Numbered from the whole stretch's first letter, positions 39,502 to 50,267 are shown. The stretch: 63,778 nt of DNA, filler included, from 4 parts of 4 records of this genome joined end to end with filler, not necessarily neighbours in it, one strand, 5' to 3'. Notes: generated by a model not told the origin, from the letters alone. Made by a program: numbers and translations.

Positions 39502-41172
39502 ATGTTCGAAGAAGCCGAAACGGGCCTGGAGGCTGATGTGCCGTCAGACATGAAGAATGACCCGGATTGGTGGCGTGGAGCGGTGATCTACCAGATCTAT
39601 CCGCGCTCCTTCAACGACACCAATGGTGATGGCATAGGCGACCTCAACGGCGTCAGCGAACGCATGGACTACATTGCCTCGCTGGGCGTCGATGCCATCT
39701 GGCTGTCGCCTTTCTTCACCTCGCCGATGGATGATTTCGGTTACGATGTCTCCGACTATGAAGATGTCGACCCGATGTTCGGCACGCTTGCCGATTTCGA
39801 CCGCATGCTGGCTGCCGCTCATGCGCGCGGCCTGAAGGTGATCATCGACCTGGTGATTTCGCACACCTCCGACCAACATCCATGGTTTGTCGAAAGCCGT
39901 TCGTCACGCGACAATGCCAAGGCCGACTGGTTCGTTTGGGCCGACGCCAAGCCGGACGGCACGGTGCCGACCAACTGGCTTTCGATCTTCGGCGGCCCGG
40001 CCTGGGAATGGGACAGCCGCCGGCGCCAGTATTACATGCACAATTTCCTGACCAGCCAGCCGGATCTGAACTTCCATAACCCTGAGGTTCAGGACGCGGT
40101 TCTGGGTGCCGCCAGGTTCTGGCTCGACCGCGGTGTCGACGGGTTCCGCCTCGACACGGTGAACTTCTATTTCCACGACAAGCAGCTCCGGGACAACCCA
40201 CCCCTGAGCGCGACTGAAATGCCGTCCACCGTCGATCCGACCAACCCCTACGGCTATCAGGATCACCTTTACGACAAGACCCAGCCGGAAAACCTGTTGT
40301 TTCTTGAGAAGCTGCGCGCGCTCCTGGACAAATATCCGGGCACGACGTCCGTCGGTGAAATCGGCGCAGACGGACAGGCCGTGGAACTGACGGCCTCCTA
40401 CACGGAAGCCGGCAAGCGCATTCACATGGCCTACAGCTTCGACCTGCTGACACCCCAGCATTCTGCGCCCTACATCCGCAAGATCGTGGAAGAGATGAAC
40501 GCCGGCATCGGCTCCGGCTGGGCCTCCTGGGCGCTGTCGAACCACGACGTGAAGCGGGTCGCCAGCCGCTGGGGTGAGGATCTGGACATTGCCCGGTTCG
40601 CACCGCTTGAAACTGCACTCTGCGCCTCGCTGCGTGGCACCCCCTGCCTTTACCAGGGCGAAGAACTCGGCCTGCCGCAGGCTGAAGTTCCTTTTGAAAA
40701 GCTGCAGGATCCCTATGGCATTCGCTTCTGGCCGGAATACAAGGGCCGCGACGGCTGCCGGACACCAATGCCGTGGGTGAAAGACAACAGCAACGCCGGC
40801 TTCTCCGAAGCCGAGCCCTGGCTTCCGGTCGCGCAGGATCATCTGGCGCTTGCCGCCTTCGAACAGGACAAGGACGAAAGCTCCATCCTGAACCGGAACC
40901 GGGCCTTCTATGCCTGGCGGCAGGCTCAGGAGCCCCTGAAGAAGGGCGACATGGTGTTTCTGGACAGCCAGGACAACACGTTGGTCTTCACCCGCAGCCA
41001 TCAGGGTGAGACCGTGCTGTGCGCCTTCAACCTCGGCACCGAACCAGCCACCGTCACCTTGAACGGACTTGAGCTGGAAAACCTCAATGCACCCGGCTTC
41101 AACGGCACGCTGGAGGGCGCCACGATTGCGCTTCATGGCCTCGATGCTCTGTTTGCTCGCGTGAAATCCTGA
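39502..41172 (+). CDS. GH13 alpha-glucosidase (AglA-like)
   Basis: WWRGAVIYQIYPRSF, DLVISHTS, DGFRLDT, GEIG, SNHD, YQGEELG and RDGCRTPM. Confidence 0.93.
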   Translation: MFEEAETGLEADVPSDMKNDPDWWRGAVIYQIYPRSFNDTNGDGIGDLNGVSERMDYIASLGVDAIWLSPFFTSPMDDFGYDVSDYEDVDPMFGTLADFDRMLAAAHARGLKVIIDLVISHTSDQHPWFVESRSSRDNAKADWFVWADAKPDGTVPTNWLSIFGGPAWEWDSRRRQYYMHNFLTSQPDLNFHNPEVQDAVLGAARFWLDRGVDGFRLDTVNFYFHDKQLRDNPPLSATEMPSTVDPTNPYGYQDHLYDKTQPENLLFLEKLRALLDKYPGTTSVGEIGADGQAVELTASYTEAGKRIHMAYSFDLLTPQHSAPYIRKIVEEMNAGIGSGWASWALSNHDVKRVASRWGEDLDIARFAPLETALCASLRGTPCLYQGEELGLPQAEVPFEKLQDPYGIRFWPEYKGRDGCRTPMPWVKDNSNAGFSEAEPWLPVAQDHLALAAFEQDKDESSILNRNRAFYAWRQAQEPLKKGDMVFLDSQDNTLVFTRSHQGETVLCAFNLGTEPATVTLNGLELENLNAPGFNGTLEGATIALHGLDALFARVKS

Positions 41173-41257
41173 TTTCGCGCCTTCAATTCGGGCTCCGGCA
41201 CGGCTAAATAGTCGCGCCGGAGCATTTCCGGCCTAGCAAACCAACGCCGGACCTTTC

Positions 41258-42046
41258 ATGACCGACCGCCTGCCCCTTTCCGTTTTCATCATCGCCCGTG
41301 ACGAGGCCGACCGGATCGCCCGACCGATCGAAAGTGTCATTGGCTGGGTGGACGAGGTCGTCGTCATCGACAGCGGATCAACGGACGAGACTGTCGCCGT
41401 GGCCGAACAACTTGGCGCGCGGGTCATCCGCAACGACTGGCCTGGCTACGGTCCGCAAAAGCGTTTCGGCGAAGACCAGTGCCGCAACGACTGGCTGCTC
41501 AATCTGGATGCCGACGAAGAGGTGACGCCGGGCCTCGCCGCGGAAATCAAAGCCAAATTCGCAGACGGCAGTTACGCGGATGCCGATGGCTGGCGCATCA
41601 TGATCCGCGATCTTTATGCCCATGAAACCGCCCCTGCCCCCTGGGCCTACGGGTATCATCAGATCCGCCTCTATGACCGGCGCAAGGGCCGGTTCTCTGC
41701 CTCGACGGTTCATGACACGGTCCGGCCCGAGGAAGGCGCGCGCATCTCGAACCTTTCCGGCATCATGGCGCACCGGTCCATCCGGTCGCTGGATTTTCAG
41801 GTCGGCAAATACAATCGCTACTCGGGCATGCAGGTGGACGACATGCGCGCCCGCGGCCGCAAGCTGCCGAAAAGCCGCCTCCTGACCGAATTCCCGGTGA
41901 GCTTCTTCAAGGCCTATTTCGTGCGCAAGTACCGCAAGTACGGCTGGTGGGGCTTTATCCTGGCCATGAATTACGCCCACGCCCGCTTCCTGCGCGTCGC
42001 CAAGGCCTACGAGGTCGAGTTGCTGGACAGGACCAAAACGGACTGA
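41258..42046 (+). CDS. Glycosyltransferase family 2 (WaaE/KdtX-like)
   Basis: SVFIIARDEA, IDSGSTD, GYGPQK and LDADE. Confidence 0.92.
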   Translation: MTDRLPLSVFIIARDEADRIARPIESVIGWVDEVVVIDSGSTDETVAVAEQLGARVIRNDWPGYGPQKRFGEDQCRNDWLLNLDADEEVTPGLAAEIKAKFADGSYADADGWRIMIRDLYAHETAPAPWAYGYHQIRLYDRRKGRFSASTVHDTVRPEEGARISNLSGIMAHRSIRSLDFQVGKYNRYSGMQVDDMRARGRKLPKSRLLTEFPVSFFKAYFVRKYRKYGWWGFILAMNYAHARFLRVAKAYEVELLDRTKTD

Positions 42047-42117
42047 GGCAAGAGCTGAGCATTACCGTTGTCGCGCCCCCCACCGGACCTGCATCGGTCT
42101 TGCTGAGCCGTTCCGTA

Positions 42118-43401
42118 CTAGGCCGCAAAAATGGCAACCGGTTTGCCGACGCCGCGCAGGGCATGTTCGCCCATCGCATTGAGACCGGTCTGGAGGTCGC
42201 CGGAAAGAGCAGCGCGTACCGGTTCTGTCAGGAGCAAGGCGCGGCCGAGGGGTTTGCACAGGGATTCCACCCGGCTGGTCTCATTGACGGCGCGGCCGAT
42301 CACCGTGAAGTCGAGCCGTTCCTCACCACCGACATTGCCGAAGAAGACTTCACCCCGGTGAAGGCCGATACCGATCTTCAGGGGATGCCAGTGGATAGGG
42401 TCGGGAAGATCCTCGGGTGGATTGCGGTTCAGCTCGTCAATGGCCTCCAGTGCAGCCTTGGCGGCCTTCACCGCCGCATTCGCCGCCGCTGTTTCACCAA
42501 ATGTCTTCTGATCGAACACGGCCAGAATGCCGTCGCCCATGAACTTCAGGATATCACCGCCGTGGTTGAGCACGGCATCGGAGATCCTGTCGAAATAGGC
42601 GTTGAGGATAGCCGTCACTTCCGGTCCACTCAGCCTGTCGGCGAGTTGAGTGAAGCCGCGCATGTCGGCCATGAAGACCACTGCCTTGATGGCCTCGCCA
42701 TCACCGCGCTTGATCTCGCCGTCCAGCACGCGCTGTCCGGCGATCGGCCCGAGATAGGTGTCGGCAACGTTGCGGGCAATCCGCTGAACGATGTGGCGCT
42801 CGATATGCAGTGCCAAAAGGTCGATCAGATTGCGGATCAGGTCTTTTTCCGCCGGAGGAAACCCACCGGGTTTGCGGGTTGCCAAGGTCATGGCATTCCG
42901 CTTTTCGTGCGAGGAACTGAGCGGCAGGGCGACATAGGTCGTGTATCCCTGATCGGCAAGTTCGCGCATCAGCGGAGCGGAATTGGCGCCTTCCTCGCTT
43001 TCCAGATCGACCTTGATGGTCTGGCCTTCGTTGATCACGTGGAAAAGCGGATTGCGGGTAAAGGCTTCCGATTTGGTCGCGTTGGCATCTGCGGCAACCT
43101 CGTCGCAGAAATAGTCCTGACTGTTCCAGACCCAGGAAAAACCGATGACGCGCGGATGCAGGGTACCGATATGCAGCGTTGCCCGGTCGATGGCGAGGCC
43201 GGCAGCCTTGCAGCGCCACATGAACTCCTCGAACATCAGCATGACATCATCGATCCGCGTCGCTTCATGCAAGAGCCACGAATTCAGCTGGTCGATGCTG
43301 AGTGTCTCCGGCGCACAGAAAGGGCCTCTGCTGGAACGGGCAAGCAGATAGACATGAGGCGCATATGTGCGCGGGGCTGGGTCAAGAAAGGCTTTGTTCA
43401 T
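42118..43401 (-). CDS. Class III adenylate cyclase with N-terminal sensor region
   Basis: FMADMRGFT, LKFMGDG (Lys = ATP specificity), GIGLHRG and DFTVIG.AVN..SR. Confidence 0.92.
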   Translation of the reverse strand: MNKAFLDPAPRTYAPHVYLLARSSRGPFCAPETLSIDQLNSWLLHEATRIDDVMLMFEEFMWRCKAAGLAIDRATLHIGTLHPRVIGFSWVWNSQDYFCDEVAADANATKSEAFTRNPLFHVINEGQTIKVDLESEEGANSAPLMRELADQGYTTYVALPLSSSHEKRNAMTLATRKPGGFPPAEKDLIRNLIDLLALHIERHIVQRIARNVADTYLGPIAGQRVLDGEIKRGDGEAIKAVVFMADMRGFTQLADRLSGPEVTAILNAYFDRISDAVLNHGGDILKFMGDGILAVFDQKTFGETAAANAAVKAAKAALEAIDELNRNPPEDLPDPIHWHPLKIGIGLHRGEVFFGNVGGEERLDFTVIGRAVNETSRVESLCKPLGRALLLTEPVRAALSGDLQTGLNAMGEHALRGVGKPVAIFAA

Positions 43402-43544
43402 CGGGGCTCCGTGAAACGCTCTGGCTAATATCTCGGGCGCCGGAGATCAAACTTCAATCGGCAAAAAACCGAATGGCGGGAAATGCTCTCGATTGGCCCA
43501 AGGAAACTATCGAACCAAGGGCAACTGGGCATCGAGGATTACCG

Positions 43545-43674
43545 GCCCAACCCTCGAGACGCCGCTTGCGCGGCTTCTCAGGATAAAGACGCATGGAATG
43601 ACAGGCAGCTTGAACGTACCACACACGCCAGCCCTGTCCTGAAGAAGCAGGAAACGCCGCCTCGAGGGTTGGTC
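43545..43674. repeat. Inverted pair of alphaproteobacterial REP-like elements
   Basis: gcccaaccctcgagacgccgcttgcgcggcttctcaggata pairs with tgtcctgaagaagcaggaaacgccgcctcgagggttggtc. The 12-bp cores CCAACCCTCGAG and CTCGAGGGTTGG are exact reverse complements. Confidence 0.6.
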
Positions 43675-43706
43675 AACCTGTTCTAGGTGGAACGAGAAGC
43701 AGCGCC

Positions 43707-44714
43707 TTAAAACGCTGCCTCTACACCGCCCATTTCCACATAAACGCTTTTGGTCTGGCTATAGTACTCGATCGCGGCATGGCCGTTCTCGCGGCCGATG
43801 CCCGACTTCTTATAGCCGCCGAAAGGCATTTCGATCGGGGTCAGATTGTAGGTGTTGATCCAGCAGGTGCCTGCCTGCAACTGGTCGATCACCCGGTGCG
43901 CACGCTGAATGTCCCTGGTGAAAACGCCCGCGGCAAGGCCGAAGTCGGTGTCGTTCGCGCGGGTGATGACGTCGTCCTCATCGGTGAAGTCGAGCACGCT
44001 CAGCACCGGGCCGAAGATTTCCTCGCGGGCAATGCGCATGTCGTCCTTCACGTCGGCAAAGACGGTCGGCTGCACGAAATAGCCGTCCGGGAAGCTGGCG
44101 ACAGAGGCTGAACCACCGCCGCACACCAGCCGAGCGCCCTCATCCTGTCCGATCTGCATGTAGTGGAGCACCTTGTCGAGCTGCTGTTTGGACACAAGCG
44201 GACCAATATTGGTTGCCTCGTCCAGCGGATCGCCCAGAACCGCCTTGGCGGTGCGTTCAGCCAGCCGTGCCACAAAGGCTTCCTTGATCGCTTCATGAAC
44301 GAATACACGCGTCCCGTTGGAGCAGATCTGCCCGGTGGAATAGAAGTTGGCATTGATCGCGGCGGACACCGCGTTTTCAATGTCAGCGTCCTCGAACACG
44401 ATCAGCGGGGATTTGCCGCCGAGTTCCAGCGTTGTCTTCTTCAGATGCTCACCCGCAAGGGCTGCCACTTTGGCGCCGGTCGGGACAGAGCCGGTCAGCG
44501 AAACCTTGGCAATGGCCGGATGAGCGACCAGCTTTGCACCGACATCACCAAAGCCCTGAAGCACGTTGAAGACACCAGCGGGCAGACCGGCCTCGGTAAG
44601 GGCCTCCGCCAGTTTCAAGGCGCTCAGCGGGGTGACTTCCGAGGGTTTGAAGATCATGGCATTGCCGCAAACGAGTGCGGGAGCAGACTTCCAGCAGGCG
44701 ATCTGGATCGGATA
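43707..44714 (-). CDS. betB: Betaine aldehyde dehydrogenase (5' truncated)
   Basis: [51 protein letters not shown] and [14 protein letters not shown]. Confidence 0.9.
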   Translation of the reverse strand, partial: YPIQIACWKSAPALVCGNAMIFKPSEVTPLSALKLAEALTEAGLPAGVFNVLQGFGDVGAKLVAHPAIAKVSLTGSVPTGAKVAALAGEHLKKTTLELGGKSPLIVFEDADIENAVSAAINANFYSTGQICSNGTRVFVHEAIKEAFVARLAERTAKAVLGDPLDEATNIGPLVSKQQLDKVLHYMQIGQDEGARLVCGGGSASVASFPDGYFVQPTVFADVKDDMRIAREEIFGPVLSVLDFTDEDDVITRANDTDFGLAAGVFTRDIQRAHRVIDQLQAGTCWINTYNLTPIEMPFGGYKKSGIGRENGHAAIEYYSQTKSVYVEMGGVEAAF

Positions 44715-44715
44715 G

Positions 44716-44815
44716 NNNNNNNNNNNNNNNNNNNNNNNNNNNNNNNNNNNNNNNNNNNNTTAATTAATTAANNNNNNNNNNNNNNNNNNNNNNNNNNNNN
44801 NNNNNNNNNNNNNNN
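44716..44815. other. Artificial contig spacer
   Basis: N44-TTAATTAATTAA-N44. Confidence 0.99.
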
Positions 44816-44826
44816 AATATACACAT

Positions 44827-44844
44827 TAGTGTTAACACGCCCTA
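44827..44844 (-). mobile_element. Possible IS5-family/MITE terminal inverted repeat at the contig end
   Basis: Minus strand reads TAGGGCGTGTTAACACTA, resembling IS5-like ends, and lies 11 bp from the contig break. Confidence 0.3.
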
Positions 44845-44923
44845 AGTAATCGACAATAGGCCGTATGCATATCGTTACGGAATAAGAAGCAATTGTTAGT
44901 TACCGAGCTTCGCGCCTTAACCA

Positions 44924-45871
44924 CTAAAACCGCAAGCCGTAGAGCTGCAAATAAGCCGTCAAATCCATCATCCAGGCAATGCCGATGTGAATGAAACAGC
45001 CGCCGAGAACCGATTGACTGCGCATGGCGATCACGCCCAGAATGTAAGCGCCAAAGATCGAGCCGATAGCCTCGCCCATCGGCTTGCCAAAATGCCAGAA
45101 GGCGTAGAGACTGACCATCGGCATCAGCGCGCCATTGCCAAACCAGCGCATCAGGCCCAGGGCCAGAAAACCGCGGAAATAGATTTCAACCGACACAAAA
45201 CGAATCGCATAACAGGTCTCAAAAACGCCATAAGTCACCAGCCGGGAGACGCCCAGATAGGCTTCGGCTGAGCCGTCGTGATAACGCGGATACGAACGTA
45301 GAAAACTTTCACTAAATGATGCGGCCACAACCAAAGGAAGCATGATTAAGAGCATCACGATGTAGGGCCGCCAGTTAAACCCTTTAGTTGTTAAGCCATA
45401 AAATGACCCGAGCTTGTCTTTGGTAATTAATCGGAAAAACACGAGCGGCGCCAGAATCGCAGCAAAACGATCCAGATTCGTCAAGCTTTTTAACAACCAG
45501 TAGCGAATCTGTAGCGGCGTCTCAAACCAATCAAGCACAAGCGGTGGAATGTTAACTGAGAAGTTATCGAGCGACATCGCAACAATTATGAATCCGAGTA
45601 TGCCCCAGGTGGACGGCCGTTTAAGCAAGTCGTATTCGCCATACATCAGGGCGCGCGCCACAAATACAATGCCGTAAGCCACCAGATAGTACCCCATATA
45701 ATACAGGATCACCATCGGATCGTTGATCTGCGCACCCAGCACGGACTTTTTGAAATTCATGCTGTAGTTGATGCTAAAAGCGGCAACGAGGAATAGTGCC
45801 GTAAAAGCGTAAAAACGCCAGTTAAAATCCTCGCGCAGGAAGTCGCGCAAATAACCGACAATCTGTTTCAT
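44924..45871 (-). CDS. CPBP family intramembrane glutamic endopeptidase
   Basis: Multi-TM protein with SVEIYFRG, YAFWHFGKP..E and IHIGIAWMMD. Confidence 0.88.
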   Translation of the reverse strand: MKQIVGYLRDFLREDFNWRFYAFTALFLVAAFSINYSMNFKKSVLGAQINDPMVILYYMGYYLVAYGIVFVARALMYGEYDLLKRPSTWGILGFIIVAMSLDNFSVNIPPLVLDWFETPLQIRYWLLKSLTNLDRFAAILAPLVFFRLITKDKLGSFYGLTTKGFNWRPYIVMLLIMLPLVVAASFSESFLRSYPRYHDGSAEAYLGVSRLVTYGVFETCYAIRFVSVEIYFRGFLALGLMRWFGNGALMPMVSLYAFWHFGKPMGEAIGSIFGAYILGVIAMRSQSVLGGCFIHIGIAWMMDLTAYLQLYGLRF

Positions 45872-45995
45872 GTGCACTCTTGCTTGCAAAATAGATCCGA
45901 AAATGCTTGCGCATTCTCTTCCGACTTACGATTCTGTTTAACTGCTTTGACTCCTAAACCCGCAGTGACGGCTGCCAACCCAAATCTGCCAACGA

Positions 45996-48900
45996 TTATT
46001 CTTCGTAGTATGAAGCAAACATACTATCAAAGTGTTCGCGGGCCGTGGCCGTGTCCCAAAGTTCATAACTCGTCACCGCAAAATCGCGAAACAGGCTAAC
46101 ATCATCTATGTTAAGCGGTTGTGGACCAGCCATACCGGCATACACTCCAGGCCTAAGAATTGTACCATCGGGAATCTCAAAGCTGTACACATAATAGCGC
46201 CCGGCTTTTTCGCCATATTTAACTTCAAATGTGCCTTGCTGCTGTACGTTTTGGATGTCACTGACTTCAAAGTGTTTCTCAAGAGAAGTTACCAATACGC
46301 CCTCAGCAACCATAGGCTGCGTGCGCCACTTTTCGGGGAGCGGCACCGGGTTTACAGGGTCGTTGATGTTTAAAAACTGAAGACGCAGCTTGGGATCCTG
46401 TGCAGCAACGTTAATTGCATGTTCACAAAATTCAAGCCCTGTGCGGATTGCCGAGAAGTAGACAATACAGGATGCAGCCTGTGGGTTTTGACTGGCACAC
46501 AGAATGTCTCTGACCGTTGCCAGTTCGGCGGAAGAGCTTGAGTGCAAAATATTCAGCATGGAGATCAGCGAATTCTCGCGACGCGCAATATCATCAAACT
46601 TAAACTTTCTGGGAGCCGCAGCCAACAGAGTTTTGACGTCTTCAGCAGCAAACTGCATCAGATCGCTGACATCCGCAGCGGTAGCGACTTCGTCCCTGAT
46701 TGCATGATCGGCATATGTGTACATTTCCATGCGGAGGTCGTGCTGTTTAAGCAGTGGCTGCAGACTCTTCCAGTCGGCTTTAAAGACATCCGGGTTGTAA
46801 AATGTTCGCGGCTCAAAAATTGCGTCAGCATAGGCTGCGAGGCTACTCAAGTCGGATTGCAGGATACGCGTCATGGCTTTGTCGGCCGTCGCTGCCGGAT
46901 CGCGCAAAAGCACATTGAGAACCGCTACGCGCGCCTCAGGAAAATCTTTGAGCGCCGTAAAGCTCTTTTCGAGTTTAGCTGGAATCTCCGGCGAATCGAA
47001 GTAAAAGGACTCCTTGACGAGCGCCGGCAAGATAGACGCCGTGCGTTCGTTGGGGTCCATCGCTCCGCGAATAATCGCATCAAACAGAATATTAAACTCA
47101 TCGGCTGCAAAACGATAGTACGGCAGACTTTTGATTGCCGGTGCAGCGACGGCAGCATCGGCACTTAACATATCAGTCAGAAGTTTGCGTGTCTTCGAGT
47201 CGGAAAATGAAACACCACTGTATGGTTCAATTGAGATGCTGTTAAAAAATCGTTCGGATTCAGGCGACTCCAGATCGGACTTAAACTGGCGCACCATAAA
47301 AAACAACACGTTCTGCCCGCGCAGGAAGGCGCGGCTGCGCATGCCCAGCGCGCCAGTCCTGGAGACTGCGAAAGTTTCATAACCCTCAAATCCGTCAATT
47401 TTAACCGGACGAATTGAGATGACAGAGTCACCAATCTCATTGACTTTGCGGAGAGAATAGTGATAAGCATAAGAGGTATCGCTTAGCTCGCGTGCATATG
47501 GGCCATGTTCAACCACCAGCGCCATGTAGTCATAACGCGTGTCGGGCGCCACTCCCAGGAATCCCGAAGAATACATTGCGCTCAGATCCATTGTGGCAGT
47601 GCTGGCTTTAATTTCATACACATCTCCCGGAACTTCGGCACTGTAGCCAAACTGCGCATTTTCCTCGCGCCCCCACTCCAGGTCTTTGGCATTTTCAAAG
47701 CTAAGCGACTCCATGAACGCGTCCACATCCTGGCGTTCATCTTCCAGCCCATTGCCAAAAGCCAGCAGCGTAACTGCGCGCGAGCCCTGCATAACGACGC
47801 GCATTTCACCCTTACTGCTATCGGCGGCGCTAAAATTTACGTATACTTCGCTGGTGGTTGCCGTTTTAACATAACGTTTGTCATCCGCTGTTGCCTTCAA
47901 TTGCAAGAGCATTTTGGCCGTCATCAGGTTCAGGGTCTCAACGTCGTTAACATAATACTTGTTGGCGCCCGCTTCAGCATTCGCAACCAGGAAGGTAACC
48001 GCACCTTTGACAGACTTGGCAAGATAGGACTGCACGCCCTCCGTGTTAAGTTGTACGGGCGCAACTGCCGAAGGCACGGCAACTTTAAAATAACTGTCGG
48101 TCGGCCGCAGCATGTATACTTCACCGACCAATTCAATCTCTTCGGGTAGCTCCTCAGGGCTGTCCGTCTTTACGGGCTTCTGCGGCTCAAACAGCTCAAT
48201 GCCTGCAAAAAAGCGATCAAAATCACTAAACTGCGCCTTACTTCCCTGCGCAAATGCCATCAGCATAATTAACGATGACTTGTTTAACACGGCGCGAATC
48301 TCAACGAGGTTCTCCGCCTGGGCGGTGGCACGCACGGCGCGTTTACCTGAGATTTGAATGTCTTCGATTGTGAGTTCCTCACCGCCGGTGTCATTCCGGA
48401 AACGCTCGCTCATGCCATTGATCATGCCGCGATACATATCGTCCAGCGCAGCGGGTGCCACACCTTCCGATCCAATCACGCCACTTAAGTCCAGAGCCAT
48501 AACCATGTAGGTTCGTTGCTGGACAATGTCAAGGCAGTAGACAACGCTCAGGTCATAAGGTACTTCGCCCAAATCAATTGGCGGACCGGCAACGGGTTCA
48601 CTGGGAGACTGCATGCGCAGACCATTGAGGCTGTCGCTGTAAGTTTCCCACTCAAAGTCCAGGTTGAGTTCATCAAACTGTCGCCCCAGGCCCGCATGGG
48701 CCGCAACGACCGGCTCAACGGTAAATCCTTCTTTGCGCAGCAGACTGATAACACCTTCTTCGCCGGGCAGGTGCAGCGCTCCCACAGCGATAAACAGCGA
48801 TTTCCGGCGCATGATCGCTTGCGCACGCTCTACCATAATGTAATTGCGTTCTACCAGGCCATAGTCTTCCTCCAGGTCCTGCGAGGTCTGCATTTTTAGC

Positions 48901-49604
48901 GAAAAATCCATCAGACCGGTCAGGTCACCTTCGCGATAGTATCCAATCATTTCATCCAGCAGCTCATCCGCGTCGGAATAAATTTGAATCTCGTTGGCCA
49001 GGTCAATCCAATCTTGTTTGGTAGCCGGCGCCATCAAAAATTTGAGCTGTTCAGCCATGGTCTCCAGCCCATAGATTTCCTTGTCACTTTGGCGCGCATG
49101 TGCATACAGATAGGTATCAATCACCACAGTACGGTCTTGTTCAAAACTCCCCATCTGCAAGCTATACAGCAGGCTGCGCAGCGAGGCGGAACGCACGGCA
49201 TCGGGCTGCATTCCGGTTAACTCTACAAGGGTTTCGACCAGTTTATCGGCATCCAGTTTAGGCAACGCTTCATCCAGGCTCACTCCCGGATTGATTTCAT
49301 TCCCCGTAAAATAGTCCACCATCTGGCTGGAGGCCGAGTCAAAATGAACTTCTGTCGCCAGCGCTTCACAGGCATAAAATGCCGTAGCTACCGAATCATT
49401 AAAACGGAAAACGCGCTCATCCTGCACGTGGAATGTGCCATACAGATAACTATCGCTCGTTAAACCATTGCCACTCACCCGCCACAGCAGAGTATTATCG
49501 GATTCATCGGCCTGCGCGCCCGGCACAGCACTCAGGCACACAAGCAGCGCACTTACTACAAGCACATAATTTTTGAATTGCCGTTTTGACATTAAACCGT
49601 GCAT
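45996..49604 (-). CDS. Large secreted TraB/GumN (TIKI-like metalloprotease) protein with long C-terminal extension
   Basis: Signal peptide, LLWRVSG..L...SYLYGTFH, GLET..EQL, ERN and IAVGALHLPGEEGV..LLRKEGFTVEPV, followed by about 900 more residues. Alternative start at 49592. Confidence 0.88.
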   Translation of the reverse strand: MHGLMSKRQFKNYVLVVSALLVCLSAVPGAQADESDNTLLWRVSGNGLTSDSYLYGTFHVQDERVFRFNDSVATAFYACEALATEVHFDSASSQMVDYFTGNEINPGVSLDEALPKLDADKLVETLVELTGMQPDAVRSASLRSLLYSLQMGSFEQDRTVVIDTYLYAHARQSDKEIYGLETMAEQLKFLMAPATKQDWIDLANEIQIYSDADELLDEMIGYYREGDLTGLMDFSLKMQTSQDLEEDYGLVERNYIMVERAQAIMRRKSLFIAVGALHLPGEEGVISLLRKEGFTVEPVVAAHAGLGRQFDELNLDFEWETYSDSLNGLRMQSPSEPVAGPPIDLGEVPYDLSVVYCLDIVQQRTYMVMALDLSGVIGSEGVAPAALDDMYRGMINGMSERFRNDTGGEELTIEDIQISGKRAVRATAQAENLVEIRAVLNKSSLIMLMAFAQGSKAQFSDFDRFFAGIELFEPQKPVKTDSPEELPEEIELVGEVYMLRPTDSYFKVAVPSAVAPVQLNTEGVQSYLAKSVKGAVTFLVANAEAGANKYYVNDVETLNLMTAKMLLQLKATADDKRYVKTATTSEVYVNFSAADSSKGEMRVVMQGSRAVTLLAFGNGLEDERQDVDAFMESLSFENAKDLEWGREENAQFGYSAEVPGDVYEIKASTATMDLSAMYSSGFLGVAPDTRYDYMALVVEHGPYARELSDTSYAYHYSLRKVNEIGDSVISIRPVKIDGFEGYETFAVSRTGALGMRSRAFLRGQNVLFFMVRQFKSDLESPESERFFNSISIEPYSGVSFSDSKTRKLLTDMLSADAAVAAPAIKSLPYYRFAADEFNILFDAIIRGAMDPNERTASILPALVKESFYFDSPEIPAKLEKSFTALKDFPEARVAVLNVLLRDPAATADKAMTRILQSDLSSLAAYADAIFEPRTFYNPDVFKADWKSLQPLLKQHDLRMEMYTYADHAIRDEVATAADVSDLMQFAAEDVKTLLAAAPRKFKFDDIARRENSLISMLNILHSSSSAELATVRDILCASQNPQAASCIVYFSAIRTGLEFCEHAINVAAQDPKLRLQFLNINDPVNPVPLPEKWRTQPMVAEGVLVTSLEKHFEVSDIQNVQQQGTFEVKYGEKAGRYYVYSFEIPDGTILRPGVYAGMAGPQPLNIDDVSLFRDFAVTSYELWDTATAREHFDSMFASYYEE

Positions 49605-50057
49605 AAGGGGATCCGCAGAGAGTATGATCAGTTATTCAGTTTGGGTGGCACACATGCCATTGACGCAATCACGCTTTCGCCACAACCTGCCAGTTAGCTC
49701 ACAGGTCCGCCCGCAAAATACAAACACTGCCTGTGATATCTTACATCACCCTGCACCGCCGGGCCGGCAAAACTTGCAGCGACTTCACATTTTGGCCTGG
49801 TCGACAGCTGAATCTTCGATGGACTTTGGAACGCGCGCCTTCACCTGCGGTGGGCGTATAAAGGCCATGTTGTTTGTCACTGTACCATTATCCGCCAACA
49901 TCTGAGTCTGCCTCCGGTTACCAAGAATTCAAGTATTCAACCGGAGCCAGGACTGCGAGGTGGGAGGTGTCGGGGCTGAGTGCATGCTCCGCGTCCAATT
50001 TGTTTTCCGGCGTACCTTCTACTTGCGGCTAGCTGCGGCTACTTGTGACTGCCTGCG

Positions 50058-50267
50058 TCACTCCAGCAAGCGGCGAATGGCAACGAACGAACCGGTGATC
50101 TTGACCGTCAGTTCCGCATCGGCATCCGATAGTTTCTTCTCGAGCATATTGATCGCAATTGCCGGGGCCACATCTACCGCGTCCGGCATCGCTTGGATCA
50201 CTGATGGAGCAGGCAGAGCATGCTGGTTTCTCTGTAGCTCATCATTCAAGTCTGTCAGATCTTTCAT
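50058..50267 (-). CDS. Small hypothetical protein or gene remnant
   Basis: 69-aa ORF with protein-like helical composition. The frame stays open about 30 codons upstream. No family recognised. Confidence 0.35.
   Translation of the reverse strand: MKDLTDLNDELQRNQHALPAPSVIQAMPDAVDVAPAIAINMLEKKLSDADAELTVKITGSFVAIRRLLE

Noticed and set aside
88-44771. Many long overlapping ORFs in the track (e.g. 582-1280+, 30448-31881+, 41947-43428+, 37885-39006+)
   Set aside because: They are antisense or alternate-frame shadows of recognisable genes in GC-rich DNA and show no motifs.
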